Source: Patescibacteria group bacterium
Lineage (GTDB): Bacteria; Patescibacteriota; Gracilibacteria; UBA1369; PNNO01
Length of the DNA stretch: 64,000 bases
Direction of reading: 5' to 3'
Assembly (NCBI GenBank): GCA_042577965.1
Contig: JBHPDK010000003.1
Span: 9,266 to 73,265 of the forward strand
The notes below the pieces were generated by a model. The model worked only from the letters and a program-made list of their open reading frames with translations, was not told the DNA's origin and did not search any database. Every line of letters starts with the position of its first letter. The stretch's first letter is position 1. Positions 17,803-25,936 of the stretch are shown piece after piece. The position numbers and the translations under genes were made by a program.

Positions 17803-19164
17803 TTAAGAAATAATCTCCCCTTCCAAAAGCCATTCTCTCGGGTTCAAAACTTTCACTTTAACTATTTGGCCTGTTAAATCTTCAGAGCTCGTGAAAGTTA
17901 CTGTTTTAAAATGCTCGCTTCTGCCTTCACATATCCCTTTGCGACATTTTTCAACTAAAACTTCTACTGTTCGGCCTTTAAATTTTTGATTTTGTTCACG
18001 TGCAATCTGCTTTAAGACTTCGTTTAATCGATGCCAACGATCTGCTTTGTCTTCGCGCGACACATCATCCGGAAGATTAGAAGATGCAAATGTACCAATT
18101 CGGTCAGAATACTTGGAAAGATAGCACATGTCCCAGTGGACATCTTTATAAAGCGAGATTGTATCCTGAAATTGGTCCTGCGTTTCGCTGCAAAATCCAA
18201 CAATTATATCAGTTGTAATAGCAATATCAGGAATGGCTTTGCGAAGCTTTGCAACAAGCTCTTTATACCACTCAACTGTGTAATTTCTATTCATTTTTTT
18301 AAGAATTGCATCATTGCCGGATTGAACAGGGAGGTGAATATACGGCATCAAAGTTTCAAGCTGCGCCATTGCATTAATTAATGCGTCTGATAAATCCTTT
18401 GGATGATTTGATGTAAAGCGGAGACGTTTTAAACCGTGAGACTTGAGTTTGTCGATTTGTGTCAAAAGCTCAACAAACGGATTCTCATAATCCTTAAACA
18501 TATCAGTTTTTTTATCATGATCACTAATGCCATACGAGTTGACATTTTGGCCAAGAAGCGTGATTTCAAGGCATCCACTCTTAACCAGTTTTTCGCATTC
18601 CTTTACTATTTCTGAGATTGGTCTAGACTTTTCACGATGTCGACTATATGGAACAATACAATATGTACAAAAATTATCACAACCTGTGCCTATTGGCACA
18701 AAAGCCTGTGCCTTATTTGAATAAATCGGATTAATATTAAAATAATTTTCAAGACTACCAGTTAATAATTCTGAACTATGGGTTTCTGGCCAAAGATCTT
18801 TAATTAATTTTGGAAGCTTTGGAAGATCTTCAATTCTAAAGACCATATCAATTTCTGTAAGACGTTTTACTAATTTATCTTTTTCCTCAGATTCACGGGT
18901 AGATGTCTTTCTAACCATACATCCTGTAATTCCTGCGATTATATGCGGCCGCTCTTTACGAAACTGTGTGATTTTTTTCATTTGTCCTAAAACCTTATCT
19001 TCTGCTTTTTGTTTAATGCTGCATGTGTTAAATAAAATTAGATCTGCTCCTTCCATTTGATCGGTTTTATTTAGACCAAGATTTTGAAGCACTGCATCAA
19101 TCCGCTCTGAATCAGAGTAATTCATCTGGCAGCCTAAAGTTTGAATGTAATAATTTCGCGGCAT
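17803..19164 (-). CDS. miaB: tRNA methylthiotransferase MiaB (radical SAM)
   Basis: YIQTLGCQMNYSDSE N-terminal cluster, radical-SAM CDNFCTYC, C-terminal TRAM-like segment. Start trimmed to ATG 19164, because the upstream extension covers the structured RNA region. Confidence 0.85.
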   Translation of the reverse strand: MPRNYYIQTLGCQMNYSDSERIDAVLQNLGLNKTDQMEGADLILFNTCSIKQKAEDKVLGQMKKITQFRKERPHIIAGITGCMVRKTSTRESEEKDKLVKRLTEIDMVFRIEDLPKLPKLIKDLWPETHSSELLTGSLENYFNINPIYSNKAQAFVPIGTGCDNFCTYCIVPYSRHREKSRPISEIVKECEKLVKSGCLEITLLGQNVNSYGISDHDKKTDMFKDYENPFVELLTQIDKLKSHGLKRLRFTSNHPKDLSDALINAMAQLETLMPYIHLPVQSGNDAILKKMNRNYTVEWYKELVAKLRKAIPDIAITTDIIVGFCSETQDQFQDTISLYKDVHWDMCYLSKYSDRIGTFASSNLPDDVSREDKADRWHRLNEVLKQIAREQNQKFKGRTVEVLVEKCRKGICEGRSEHFKTVTFTSSEDLTGQIVKVKVLNPREWLLEGEIIS

Positions 19165-19169
19165 TTTAC

Positions 19170-19425
19170 TATTTAGGTTTTGTGGAGAAAAACTTACCAG
19201 AAAGAACGGGTTTAAGCAAGATTTGCATAATCCCGTTATAAAGGGAAAGCGGGCCCCACGGCCCAAAATAAATTTTAAGCTATAGAGCCCGCTAAGGGGC
19301 TGATACACTAGATACCCGAAGGTATCTAAAGCATCAAGGGTATGATTCTAATCACTCCGAAGAGTAAAAAGAATCAAAGTTGTAAATCAGACTCGATAAC
19401 CGAAGCTATCAAATCATCATTACAC
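19170..19425 (-). ncRNA. Candidate structured RNA or 5' leader (class unknown) with three cUUCGg tetraloop hairpins
   Basis: Minus-strand hairpins at 19395-19410, 19344-19375 and 19309-19328 are each capped by C-UUCG-G. Further hairpins at 19286-19301, 19251-19264 and 19205-19237. Preceded by a consensus promoter. Confidence 0.45.
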
Positions 19426-19429
19426 TAAT

Positions 19430-19458
19430 ATTCTAACACAGATCGTGATGAATGTCAA
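19430..19458 (-). promoter_or_regulatory. Promoter TTGACA-N17-TAGAAT (minus strand)
   Basis: Plus-strand tgtcaa at 19453-19458 and attcta at 19430-19435. Located just after the stop of the 1149-aa gene. Confidence 0.6.
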
Positions 19459-19475
19459 ATAGATTTATGCTGATT

Positions 19476-22400
19476 TTATCCTACAAACCATTTTTTAGCT
19501 CTTCCCCATAAACCTTTTTTCTTTGGCTCTTTTGGTACGTCAGCCATTGCAGGTATTGGTGGTGGCCCAACCTTTGGTGGCCTATCATCTGTCATTGCAA
19601 CGTATTCAGGAGGAACAACTTCAGTATCTTCTCCACGTGGCACATCAATTACTGATGGTTTTGCATCAGCAGGAATTGGTGGAGCTTTAACTCCAAGTAT
19701 AGGTTTGATTTCTTTTGGAAGCGGCGCTGAACCATACATTTGAGGAACAGGCGCCATTTCTTTAACTGATCGAATCTGATCTTTAGAAACAGGAATCGAT
19801 TCAGGATCATCTACTTCATATGATACATAAGGTGGCACGTTGCCGCTTGTACCGCTAGGAACTAAAGCATCTACTGGAATCGGTGGAGGTGTTTGCCGTC
19901 TTTTTCTATCCATATCTGCAAGAACTGGCCTTAACTCATCTAAAGGTTGTGAACCGTAATCTGCTGGTTTTAACATTTGTTCTTTAAATATATCTTTACG
20001 TCTAATTTGATGAACTCTTGCATCTTTTGGAATCCTTGGAGGTTTTTTAGCAAGCATAGCTCCAAGTACTGATTTTAATTCAGGAACCGGAGCAGAACCA
20101 AAGTCTGCTGGTTTTTCAGGAGCAATAGGCTCAGCTGATAAAATATCGCTATCATCAATCTGATGAATTATAGTATCATCAGCATCATCAGGGATTGGTG
20201 GTGGAGCAGCTTGAGGTGCCGGCTCAGGTTGAGTTTCAGCAAACATCACATTAGTTGGTGCATCATCAATCGAACCTGTTTTCTTACCCTTAACCAAATC
20301 TGGCATTGGGAATGATTTTGCTTTCTTCTTTATTGCTAGTGCAAATCTCACATTAGTTTTTAAAGCTCTTCCATCTTCAAGAGTAAAAGGCACTTCTTCA
20401 TGAGACAATATATTGTCAGCACTTCTTTCAAGTCCAGTCAGTCCAGGAAATTCCATCAATTCAACTCCTCTTGCAAACAAATCTTTATATTTTTTGTAAC
20501 TTCTCCCTCTCTTTTTTGATTTCATTACTCTTTCATATTTTGAGAGGAGTCCTCTTGCCTGTCTTGCTCTCCCACGATGACTATCTTGATAATCATTCCA
20601 ATCCTTAAGCTGAGCAGCTTCTTTTTCTGTTAAGCCTTCCTTTGTTAATGCTTTTGCAACAAGTTTTTTCTCTTTTAATTTATTATAAATAAGCCATCCT
20701 TTTTGTAATTTCCCTAATTCTTGCTTGTATGCATATTTGGCTTTATATCTTTGAGCTCTTGGGAGTTTATTTATCATATCTTTAAATGCATTTTGTAAAA
20801 ATTCTGAATAAGAAACTCCATCCAATTTAAATTTTTTACCTTGCCACATTTGCTTATAGATTCCGTCTGGCAAATTATCAATAGTTTTAGTGTCGATTTG
20901 TGCAAATTTTGGATTAGACTGAGCACTTTTTACATTAACTGTCTTTTTAACAGGTTTTGGTGCTGGTGCTGGCTTAACTTTTTTAATCTTTTTTATTGGC
21001 TTTGGTCCTGTTAAATCTTTGTCTGCTTTCATAATTTCTTTTGGAGCTTTCATAACAACAACTTTCATAGCCGGCTTCATTGCCGGTTTCATTGCAGGCT
21101 TCATGCTTGTTTTCATTGGTGCCTTCATTCCTGGCTCTTTTTTATCTTTTGGAAGATCCTTAATTATCTTTTTTGAAGAATTATCAGTTGTGGATTTTGC
21201 TGCAATTTTATCTTTTCCCTTTTTTGAATCCACTTTTTTGGATCCTTTTGGAAACAAAGCAATGCCTAATACTACTACTATTGCAACAACGACACCCCAA
21301 ACAACTACTTTTACAGTTGTAGTAGTTTTTGGATGCTCTTTTTCCAATTCTTGTATTTTTTCTTTGATTATTGCTTTTTCTGGTGCTCCTAAATCATCAA
21401 TTGTAGGTGAAGGTGGGATAGTTGTATCTTTAACTCTTACTGTTTCTACATCTGCTGCTGCAGGCACTGGTGCTGGTTCGGTTGCTGGTTTAGGTGCTGG
21501 TTCAGGTGCTTTTAGTGCAACACCCTTTACTGGTGGAATAACATTTGTACGCCCTGGTTTAGGCTCTATATCTGATGCTTTCAAAGCCATACCTTTTATA
21601 GGTGGAATAACATCAGTGGTTTCATCTGCAGCTGGTTTTGGATCAGACTTTTTTGGCTGAGGTTCTACCAGTTTATCAGGTATCGGCGCATCCGGATCAG
21701 TTATTTCGTGTGGTCGTTCAGAATATCCAGTTGGGGAAATAGGTCCGGTTTTTTTTAATTTTGGTGGATCAGGAATATGTTTAGAATCTACCAAGGTCAC
21801 TTCTCCACTGCCTTCATCATCAGCTGGTTTTGGCTTAGGTTTTGGTTTAAGCTTTTCTAGTGTTACAGGTATACTAAAATGATCAACTTGTGTTATCTCC
21901 TCTTCACCGTCAGCAAAATCAGAATCTCCATCTTCCTGAAGAGGCTGTGTTACTTTTGCAGGCTCAGGAATTGCATGACCACCGATACTCCATTTAGATC
22001 TTGGGATTGGCAATGGAGTGTAGTCTTCTTCGAAGTCTGTTGATACATGAGCAGCAGCACTTTCACTTTCAGCACCATCAGCAGCTTCTGGTGATTCAGC
22101 TGCTTCAGCAGGTTCAGGACTTGGTTGGCTTAAAACCGCACCCATTCCTTGTCTTGTTACTTGTCTTACTCTTTTGGGTTTTTTCTTTATAGAAAGTGAA
22201 GTCATAAAATTTGCTTTTTGCTGCGTAAATTCAGTATCCAGAACTTCATTCATAATATTTCTAACCTCAGTTCCAGCAAATTCAATTTTAAGTCTCCTTA
22301 AAAAAAAGCAAAAAATATTCATTGAAGTTCCCTCACTAAGATGATTGAAAATCTCTTGATGCAAACCATCATTATCAGCAACAGATTCAAGTAATATGGT

Positions 22401-22925
22401 TCTTTGCCTAATCTCTTTTTCAGTTAAATCATCAACTGGTGTTTTTAAAATTCTTTCCCATTTTTTAAATAATTCTGATATAAATGGTGATAATTTTTCT
22501 CTTATATGATCTGAGTATAATTCTTCTTCTGCCATCATCATTTTTATTCCTGACCTAATAGCTAATAAAACAAAGTCTAAAAAAATTCTTGCGGTTTCAT
22601 CATCGCCATAAATTGAATCATTAATAAATTGCTCTAAATCAGTCTCAGTTTGCACCCACTCAGGAAACAAATAATCTCTTGCTTTTGAATCTTCAAATAA
22701 TTTTTTTATTACATTTTTAACAAATGGAGGCAGTCCATTTTTTTTAATTTCTGCATGTGAAAGCTTTTTGTCTAATAAAGCTTTTTCATGACCTAATGCA
22801 AGTAAATCAATTGGATCAATTAATTCAACTGTCTGTATTCTCATCTCTTCGTATTCAGAATCTCTATGCTCATAAGAATCCCATTCAATACCTGTATTTG
22901 TGCCTGTAAGTTTTTCTGGAGCCAT
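19476..22925 (-). CDS. Large hypothetical protein (1149 aa): helical N-terminal domain, Pro/Glu-rich linker, single TM, Lys-rich MKPA repeats, C-terminal proline-rich repeat modules
   Basis: Long uninterrupted ORF. TM segment VVVWGVVVAIVVVLGIALF. MKPAMKPAMKPAM run. Three modules [DM][FY]GSxP[LV]xE[LI][KR]x[VI]L...PP(P)IPxDA. No family recognised. Confidence 0.7.
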   Translation of the reverse strand: MAPEKLTGTNTGIEWDSYEHRDSEYEEMRIQTVELIDPIDLLALGHEKALLDKKLSHAEIKKNGLPPFVKNVIKKLFEDSKARDYLFPEWVQTETDLEQFINDSIYGDDETARIFLDFVLLAIRSGIKMMMAEEELYSDHIREKLSPFISELFKKWERILKTPVDDLTEKEIRQRTILLESVADNDGLHQEIFNHLSEGTSMNIFCFFLRRLKIEFAGTEVRNIMNEVLDTEFTQQKANFMTSLSIKKKPKRVRQVTRQGMGAVLSQPSPEPAEAAESPEAADGAESESAAAHVSTDFEEDYTPLPIPRSKWSIGGHAIPEPAKVTQPLQEDGDSDFADGEEEITQVDHFSIPVTLEKLKPKPKPKPADDEGSGEVTLVDSKHIPDPPKLKKTGPISPTGYSERPHEITDPDAPIPDKLVEPQPKKSDPKPAADETTDVIPPIKGMALKASDIEPKPGRTNVIPPVKGVALKAPEPAPKPATEPAPVPAAADVETVRVKDTTIPPSPTIDDLGAPEKAIIKEKIQELEKEHPKTTTTVKVVVWGVVVAIVVVLGIALFPKGSKKVDSKKGKDKIAAKSTTDNSSKKIIKDLPKDKKEPGMKAPMKTSMKPAMKPAMKPAMKVVVMKAPKEIMKADKDLTGPKPIKKIKKVKPAPAPKPVKKTVNVKSAQSNPKFAQIDTKTIDNLPDGIYKQMWQGKKFKLDGVSYSEFLQNAFKDMINKLPRAQRYKAKYAYKQELGKLQKGWLIYNKLKEKKLVAKALTKEGLTEKEAAQLKDWNDYQDSHRGRARQARGLLSKYERVMKSKKRGRSYKKYKDLFARGVELMEFPGLTGLERSADNILSHEEVPFTLEDGRALKTNVRFALAIKKKAKSFPMPDLVKGKKTGSIDDAPTNVMFAETQPEPAPQAAPPPIPDDADDTIIHQIDDSDILSAEPIAPEKPADFGSAPVPELKSVLGAMLAKKPPRIPKDARVHQIRRKDIFKEQMLKPADYGSQPLDELRPVLADMDRKRRQTPPPIPVDALVPSGTSGNVPPYVSYEVDDPESIPVSKDQIRSVKEMAPVPQMYGSAPLPKEIKPILGVKAPPIPADAKPSVIDVPRGEDTEVVPPEYVAMTDDRPPKVGPPPIPAMADVPKEPKKKGLWGRAKKWFVG

Positions 22926-22993
22926 ATTTTAAGAAAATTAGGGATATAATATCATTATTTATAAGAGTAGAAAGCCCTGTCTATTACAATTTT

Positions 22994-24154
22994 TTACACA
23001 AAATCAAAAACCCATCCAACTGCCAAACCTGCTTTTGATGAATTATCTGCAGAAGTTACTTTATGCCAATTTAATTCCCTGTCACCATAATCATCAGGAT
23101 TAGTATAAGAAACCTCAATAAAAGTTAGATCGTTTTCTTTGCCCAGTGCTAACCTAACAACCTGACTTCCTATCTCTCTAGCCTCCTGTTCATTTCTGGC
23201 AATTGAAGTACGCATAGCTTTATCAAATATTTGTACAGCACCGAGTGGTTGTAATTTATTTTGAGTTAAACCATTTTTTTCTAATGCTTCATTTAGGGCC
23301 TTAAGTGCTTCCATTTGCTCCTTTCCGCTTAAACCTGGGAATAAACCTTTATCAAATGTGATATATATTTCAGGTTGCATTGTATCAAGACTTCTTCTTT
23401 CAGTTTGTGAAGGCATCCATTTTTTTATCCATTTTTCCCACGTGGTCTCCTCAACTTCTTCATCTTGACCTTCCCCAGCAAGCATAAATTTTCTTACTCT
23501 TTGCAAATCAGGATATTTAAGTCTATCAAGTTCATCATGCTGAAGTCCCTGAAATCCAATATGTACCCCTAGATAAGAACAAAGTGCATGAACAAAGAAA
23601 TCCGGCTCATTATCTTCAATTTCTTTCCAGATTTCCGGATCAATAACTCCTAAATGAGCTACTTCTTCAAAAGCTTTTTTAAAATTAGCTGCAAACTGTT
23701 TATTTTTAAGTAAGGTATTCAGATATTTAGCTGCATCCAATCCAACTTCATAAATATATTTCATAAACCTTTTTACTAATCTAGAAGGTACGTCTCCTTT
23801 ACAAAGGTGTGCATACCATTCCAGATTTTTCCCAAGTCTAAATACATCTTCACCAAATACAGCCTGAAGCTCCTGAACATCCTCATTTAAAATTGCATCA
23901 GCATGAGCTTCTCTATTTTCAAATGCCAATAAATTCATTTGTCCTGGTTTTTTTGCTTCAAGAATAGAAATTAATTTTTCACGAACAAGTTGTTTAAATT
24001 TATTAGGAGTATCTTCATCAAAATACTCTTCAGGAATTGCAGGTACTTCTTTTGGCTTTCTAACATATTCAATTTCCTGTTCATTTATAATTCTATGAGC
24101 AAGAAGTTTAGCTTGTCGACTTTCAGATATACCCGTTCCAAATGTTTCAGGCAT
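22994..24154 (-). CDS. Hypothetical protein (386 aa), no recognisable domain
   Basis: Uninterrupted ORF with an ATG start. Own promoter-like sites on the minus strand: TTGACA-N18-TAAATT at 24187-24216 and TGcTATAAT at 24235-24243. Confidence 0.6.
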   Translation of the reverse strand: MPETFGTGISESRQAKLLAHRIINEQEIEYVRKPKEVPAIPEEYFDEDTPNKFKQLVREKLISILEAKKPGQMNLLAFENREAHADAILNEDVQELQAVFGEDVFRLGKNLEWYAHLCKGDVPSRLVKRFMKYIYEVGLDAAKYLNTLLKNKQFAANFKKAFEEVAHLGVIDPEIWKEIEDNEPDFFVHALCSYLGVHIGFQGLQHDELDRLKYPDLQRVRKFMLAGEGQDEEVEETTWEKWIKKWMPSQTERRSLDTMQPEIYITFDKGLFPGLSGKEQMEALKALNEALEKNGLTQNKLQPLGAVQIFDKAMRTSIARNEQEAREIGSQVVRLALGKENDLTFIEVSYTNPDDYGDRELNWHKVTSADNSSKAGLAVGWVFDFV

Positions 24155-24257
24155 ATTATTTGGATTATTAATAGGAAAGGTTTAAAAATTTATCATTTTT
24201 ATTGGACATTTGTCAATAAATTGACTGTTTGCAGATTATAGCAACTGAAGGACATTG

Positions 24258-24556
24258 GAAAAGCGGGCCGCGGTAGGAATGTTGTGCGGCCCGGGGATTG
24301 GTTGATTGGTGGTACACTCGGGGAATCGAATCAGTCGCGATCCGTGACTTGGCCTAGTGCTCTAGCGTGCTTCTTGCGTGCTAGTGCGCCAGGCTGCTCC
24401 TGCGGATTGTGGCCATCTTGGGCTGCTTCTGGGTTCGGGGGCTCGTTCTCACATCCATTGGTAGATACCTCCTACCATGTAAAGGGCGCCCCATTTCTGG
24501 GGCCAGACAGGGTTGATCCCGAGAGGGTTTCTTTGTTCCCCCCGGAAAAACAACTA
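24258..24556 (-). ncRNA. Candidate ~300-nt G+C-rich structured RNA, class unresolved
   Basis: 36 of 60 bases are G/C in 24361-24420, against AT-rich flanks. Multiple hairpins: 24362-24384, 24460-24476, 24485-24504. Long-range CTCGGG/CCCGAG pairing between 24317-24322 and 24528-24533. Minus-strand promoter TTGTTC-N16-TATTAA at 24563-24590. Terminator-like 8-bp GC stem at 24264-24293 followed by UUUU. Strand is uncertain (see findings). Confidence 0.5.
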
Positions 24557-24728
24557 TTACTCTTAATAATCCTTTTCCCAAAGGGAACAAATATATATCC
24601 AATCTTCCAAAGATCAGTAGAAATACACCATTCGAATAGAAAGCGTATAACATTTTATGACCACAAATATTGTATAGAAAAAGTTGGATTTGTCAAAATC
24701 TGGTGTACCACAGTAGGCGACGTTAGAA

Positions 24729-25799
24729 CTAAGCTTCTCCCCCATGATAAATACGTAAAGATTTCTTTGCAGCAACACGTACTTTAGCAGAAGGATCATT
24801 TTTTACTAAGGACTGCAACATATCAAAAGGCATTTTGTGGCTACCAGCTGCAACTTCCCTAACTTCAGCGTATGCATCCATTCCAAGTTGAACTATAGTA
24901 GTTTTTAATACATTTTTGTGCTTAGCTACAGCTTTTTTCATACTATTTATTTTGCTTTTTATTTCTGTAGGACGGAACCAATTATCTTTATTTGAAGTAA
25001 AATCTTTTACAATAAGTCTACTAATATAATCTAATGTTTTCCCTAATGTATTTGGATGTTTAGCTATTTTCAATATATCACTAATAAAGGTGTTTTTATG
25101 ATTTGCCAAATCATTAAGAATATCAGATGGAGTATTTGCAAATTCGCTAGTAAAGTATGAATGTAAGTAAATACCTACGTATTTTTTTTTATACAAGTAT
25201 CTTATAGTAGATACCCATGTTTTTCTGCTTTTAATTACATCACCTAAAATGACTAATTTTTTGCTTTTTTTTGCTATAATATCTTTTGCTTTCCCGCAAA
25301 TATGAGAGAGTTTAGCAAGTAGGTGAGCTTGACAACCTATACGTGCATAAGCTATTTGAGTTTTTTTAGAGGTATGCTTATTTTGTATAACAACAATTTG
25401 TACCATCCGATTCTTATCATTTGCTACTCTGTCTATAAGATTTGAATCTTTCGTATTCTTTACAGCTAAAGCTCTTAATACATACATTCTACTTCCTGCT
25501 AAAATTTTAAGATTCTTTTCATCTTTTAAATTTATATATCTTCCTAAAAATTTTATTACACTAGATAAATCATTTTCTTTAACAGCTCCTATTGGAGAAC
25601 TTAATTGTTTAATTTTCTTTTCAACTAACGCAAGCTTTTGTTTATTTAATGTACCAAGTTTTTTTGGTGAAAAAACTATGCCATTGGGCACAAAAAACCA
25701 TTTAGGTTTATCATAAATAAACCTTCCATAATGTAAAAAACATCGATTGTACAAATTATAAAAATGATTTTTTATTTCGGTTTTTGTTAACAAACACAC
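24729..25799 (-). CDS. Hypothetical protein with C-terminal HEAT/PBS-lyase-like repeats
   Basis: 356 aa. C-terminal DAYAEVREVAAGS...DPSAKVRVAAKKSL resembles HEAT-like repeats. Non-ATG (GTG) start in the track. Confidence 0.5.
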   Translation of the reverse strand: MCLLTKTEIKNHFYNLYNRCFLHYGRFIYDKPKWFFVPNGIVFSPKKLGTLNKQKLALVEKKIKQLSSPIGAVKENDLSSVIKFLGRYINLKDEKNLKILAGSRMYVLRALAVKNTKDSNLIDRVANDKNRMVQIVVIQNKHTSKKTQIAYARIGCQAHLLAKLSHICGKAKDIIAKKSKKLVILGDVIKSRKTWVSTIRYLYKKKYVGIYLHSYFTSEFANTPSDILNDLANHKNTFISDILKIAKHPNTLGKTLDYISRLIVKDFTSNKDNWFRPTEIKSKINSMKKAVAKHKNVLKTTIVQLGMDAYAEVREVAAGSHKMPFDMLQSLVKNDPSAKVRVAAKKSLRIYHGGEA

Positions 25800-25833
25800 T
25801 TAATTATATCATCTTTTGCGGACTTCGTCAATA

Positions 25834-25908
25834 TGGTGTCCCCAGCAGGAATCGAACCTGCATCTAGAGCTTAGGAGGCCCTCGTTCTATCCATTGAACT
25901 ATGGGGAC
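25834..25908 (-). tRNA. tRNA-Arg (anticodon CCT)
   Basis: Hand-folded cloverleaf: GTCCCCA acceptor, D arm GTTC/GAAC, anticodon loop CT-CCT-AA, T arm GCAGG-TTCGATT-CCTGC, encoded CCA. Confidence 0.95.
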
Positions 25909-25936
25909 TCGCAAAATTTCGTAAAAATCCTCAAAC

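Noticed and set aside
21019-21660. 213-aa plus-strand ORF antisense to the 1149-aa gene, plus other antisense or embedded ORFs such as 1641-1889, 6509-6916, 7957-8250, 18031-18381, 50177-50716
   Set aside because: Each is fully contained within a longer ORF that has clear family motifs or a far longer open frame. Their compositions mirror the opposite strand.
24300-24325. T-box riboswitch reading of plus-strand GATTGGTGGTACACTCGGGG
   Set aside because: The sequence resembles the T-box core GGGUGGUACCGCG. However, it sits at the 5' side of the element on the plus strand. It has no Stem I or specifier structure upstream, and no aminoacyl-tRNA synthetase or any other real gene downstream on that strand.
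24258-24556. tmRNA (ssrA) assignment for the GC-rich element
   Set aside because: The minus strand does end ...GAUUCGAUUCCCCGAGUGUACCACCA, followed by a terminator-like hairpin. However, the 5 nt before UUCGAUU cannot pair with CCCCG to make a T-stem. There is no 5' partner (GGUACAC-like, with G3:U70) for the acceptor strand. There is no GGnUUCGAC 5' motif at the start, and no tag ORF ending in ..LAA-type residues. I left it unclassified pending covariance-model search.
24284-24787. 167-aa plus-strand ORF (and the 90-aa minus ORF 24381-24653) spanning the GC-rich element
   Set aside because: The ORF starts at a non-ATG codon and has Gly/Ser/Pro/Trp-rich composition, as expected from random translation of GC-rich structured DNA. 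It runs into the 3' end of the next real gene and has no recognisable motif. The region is better explained as RNA.
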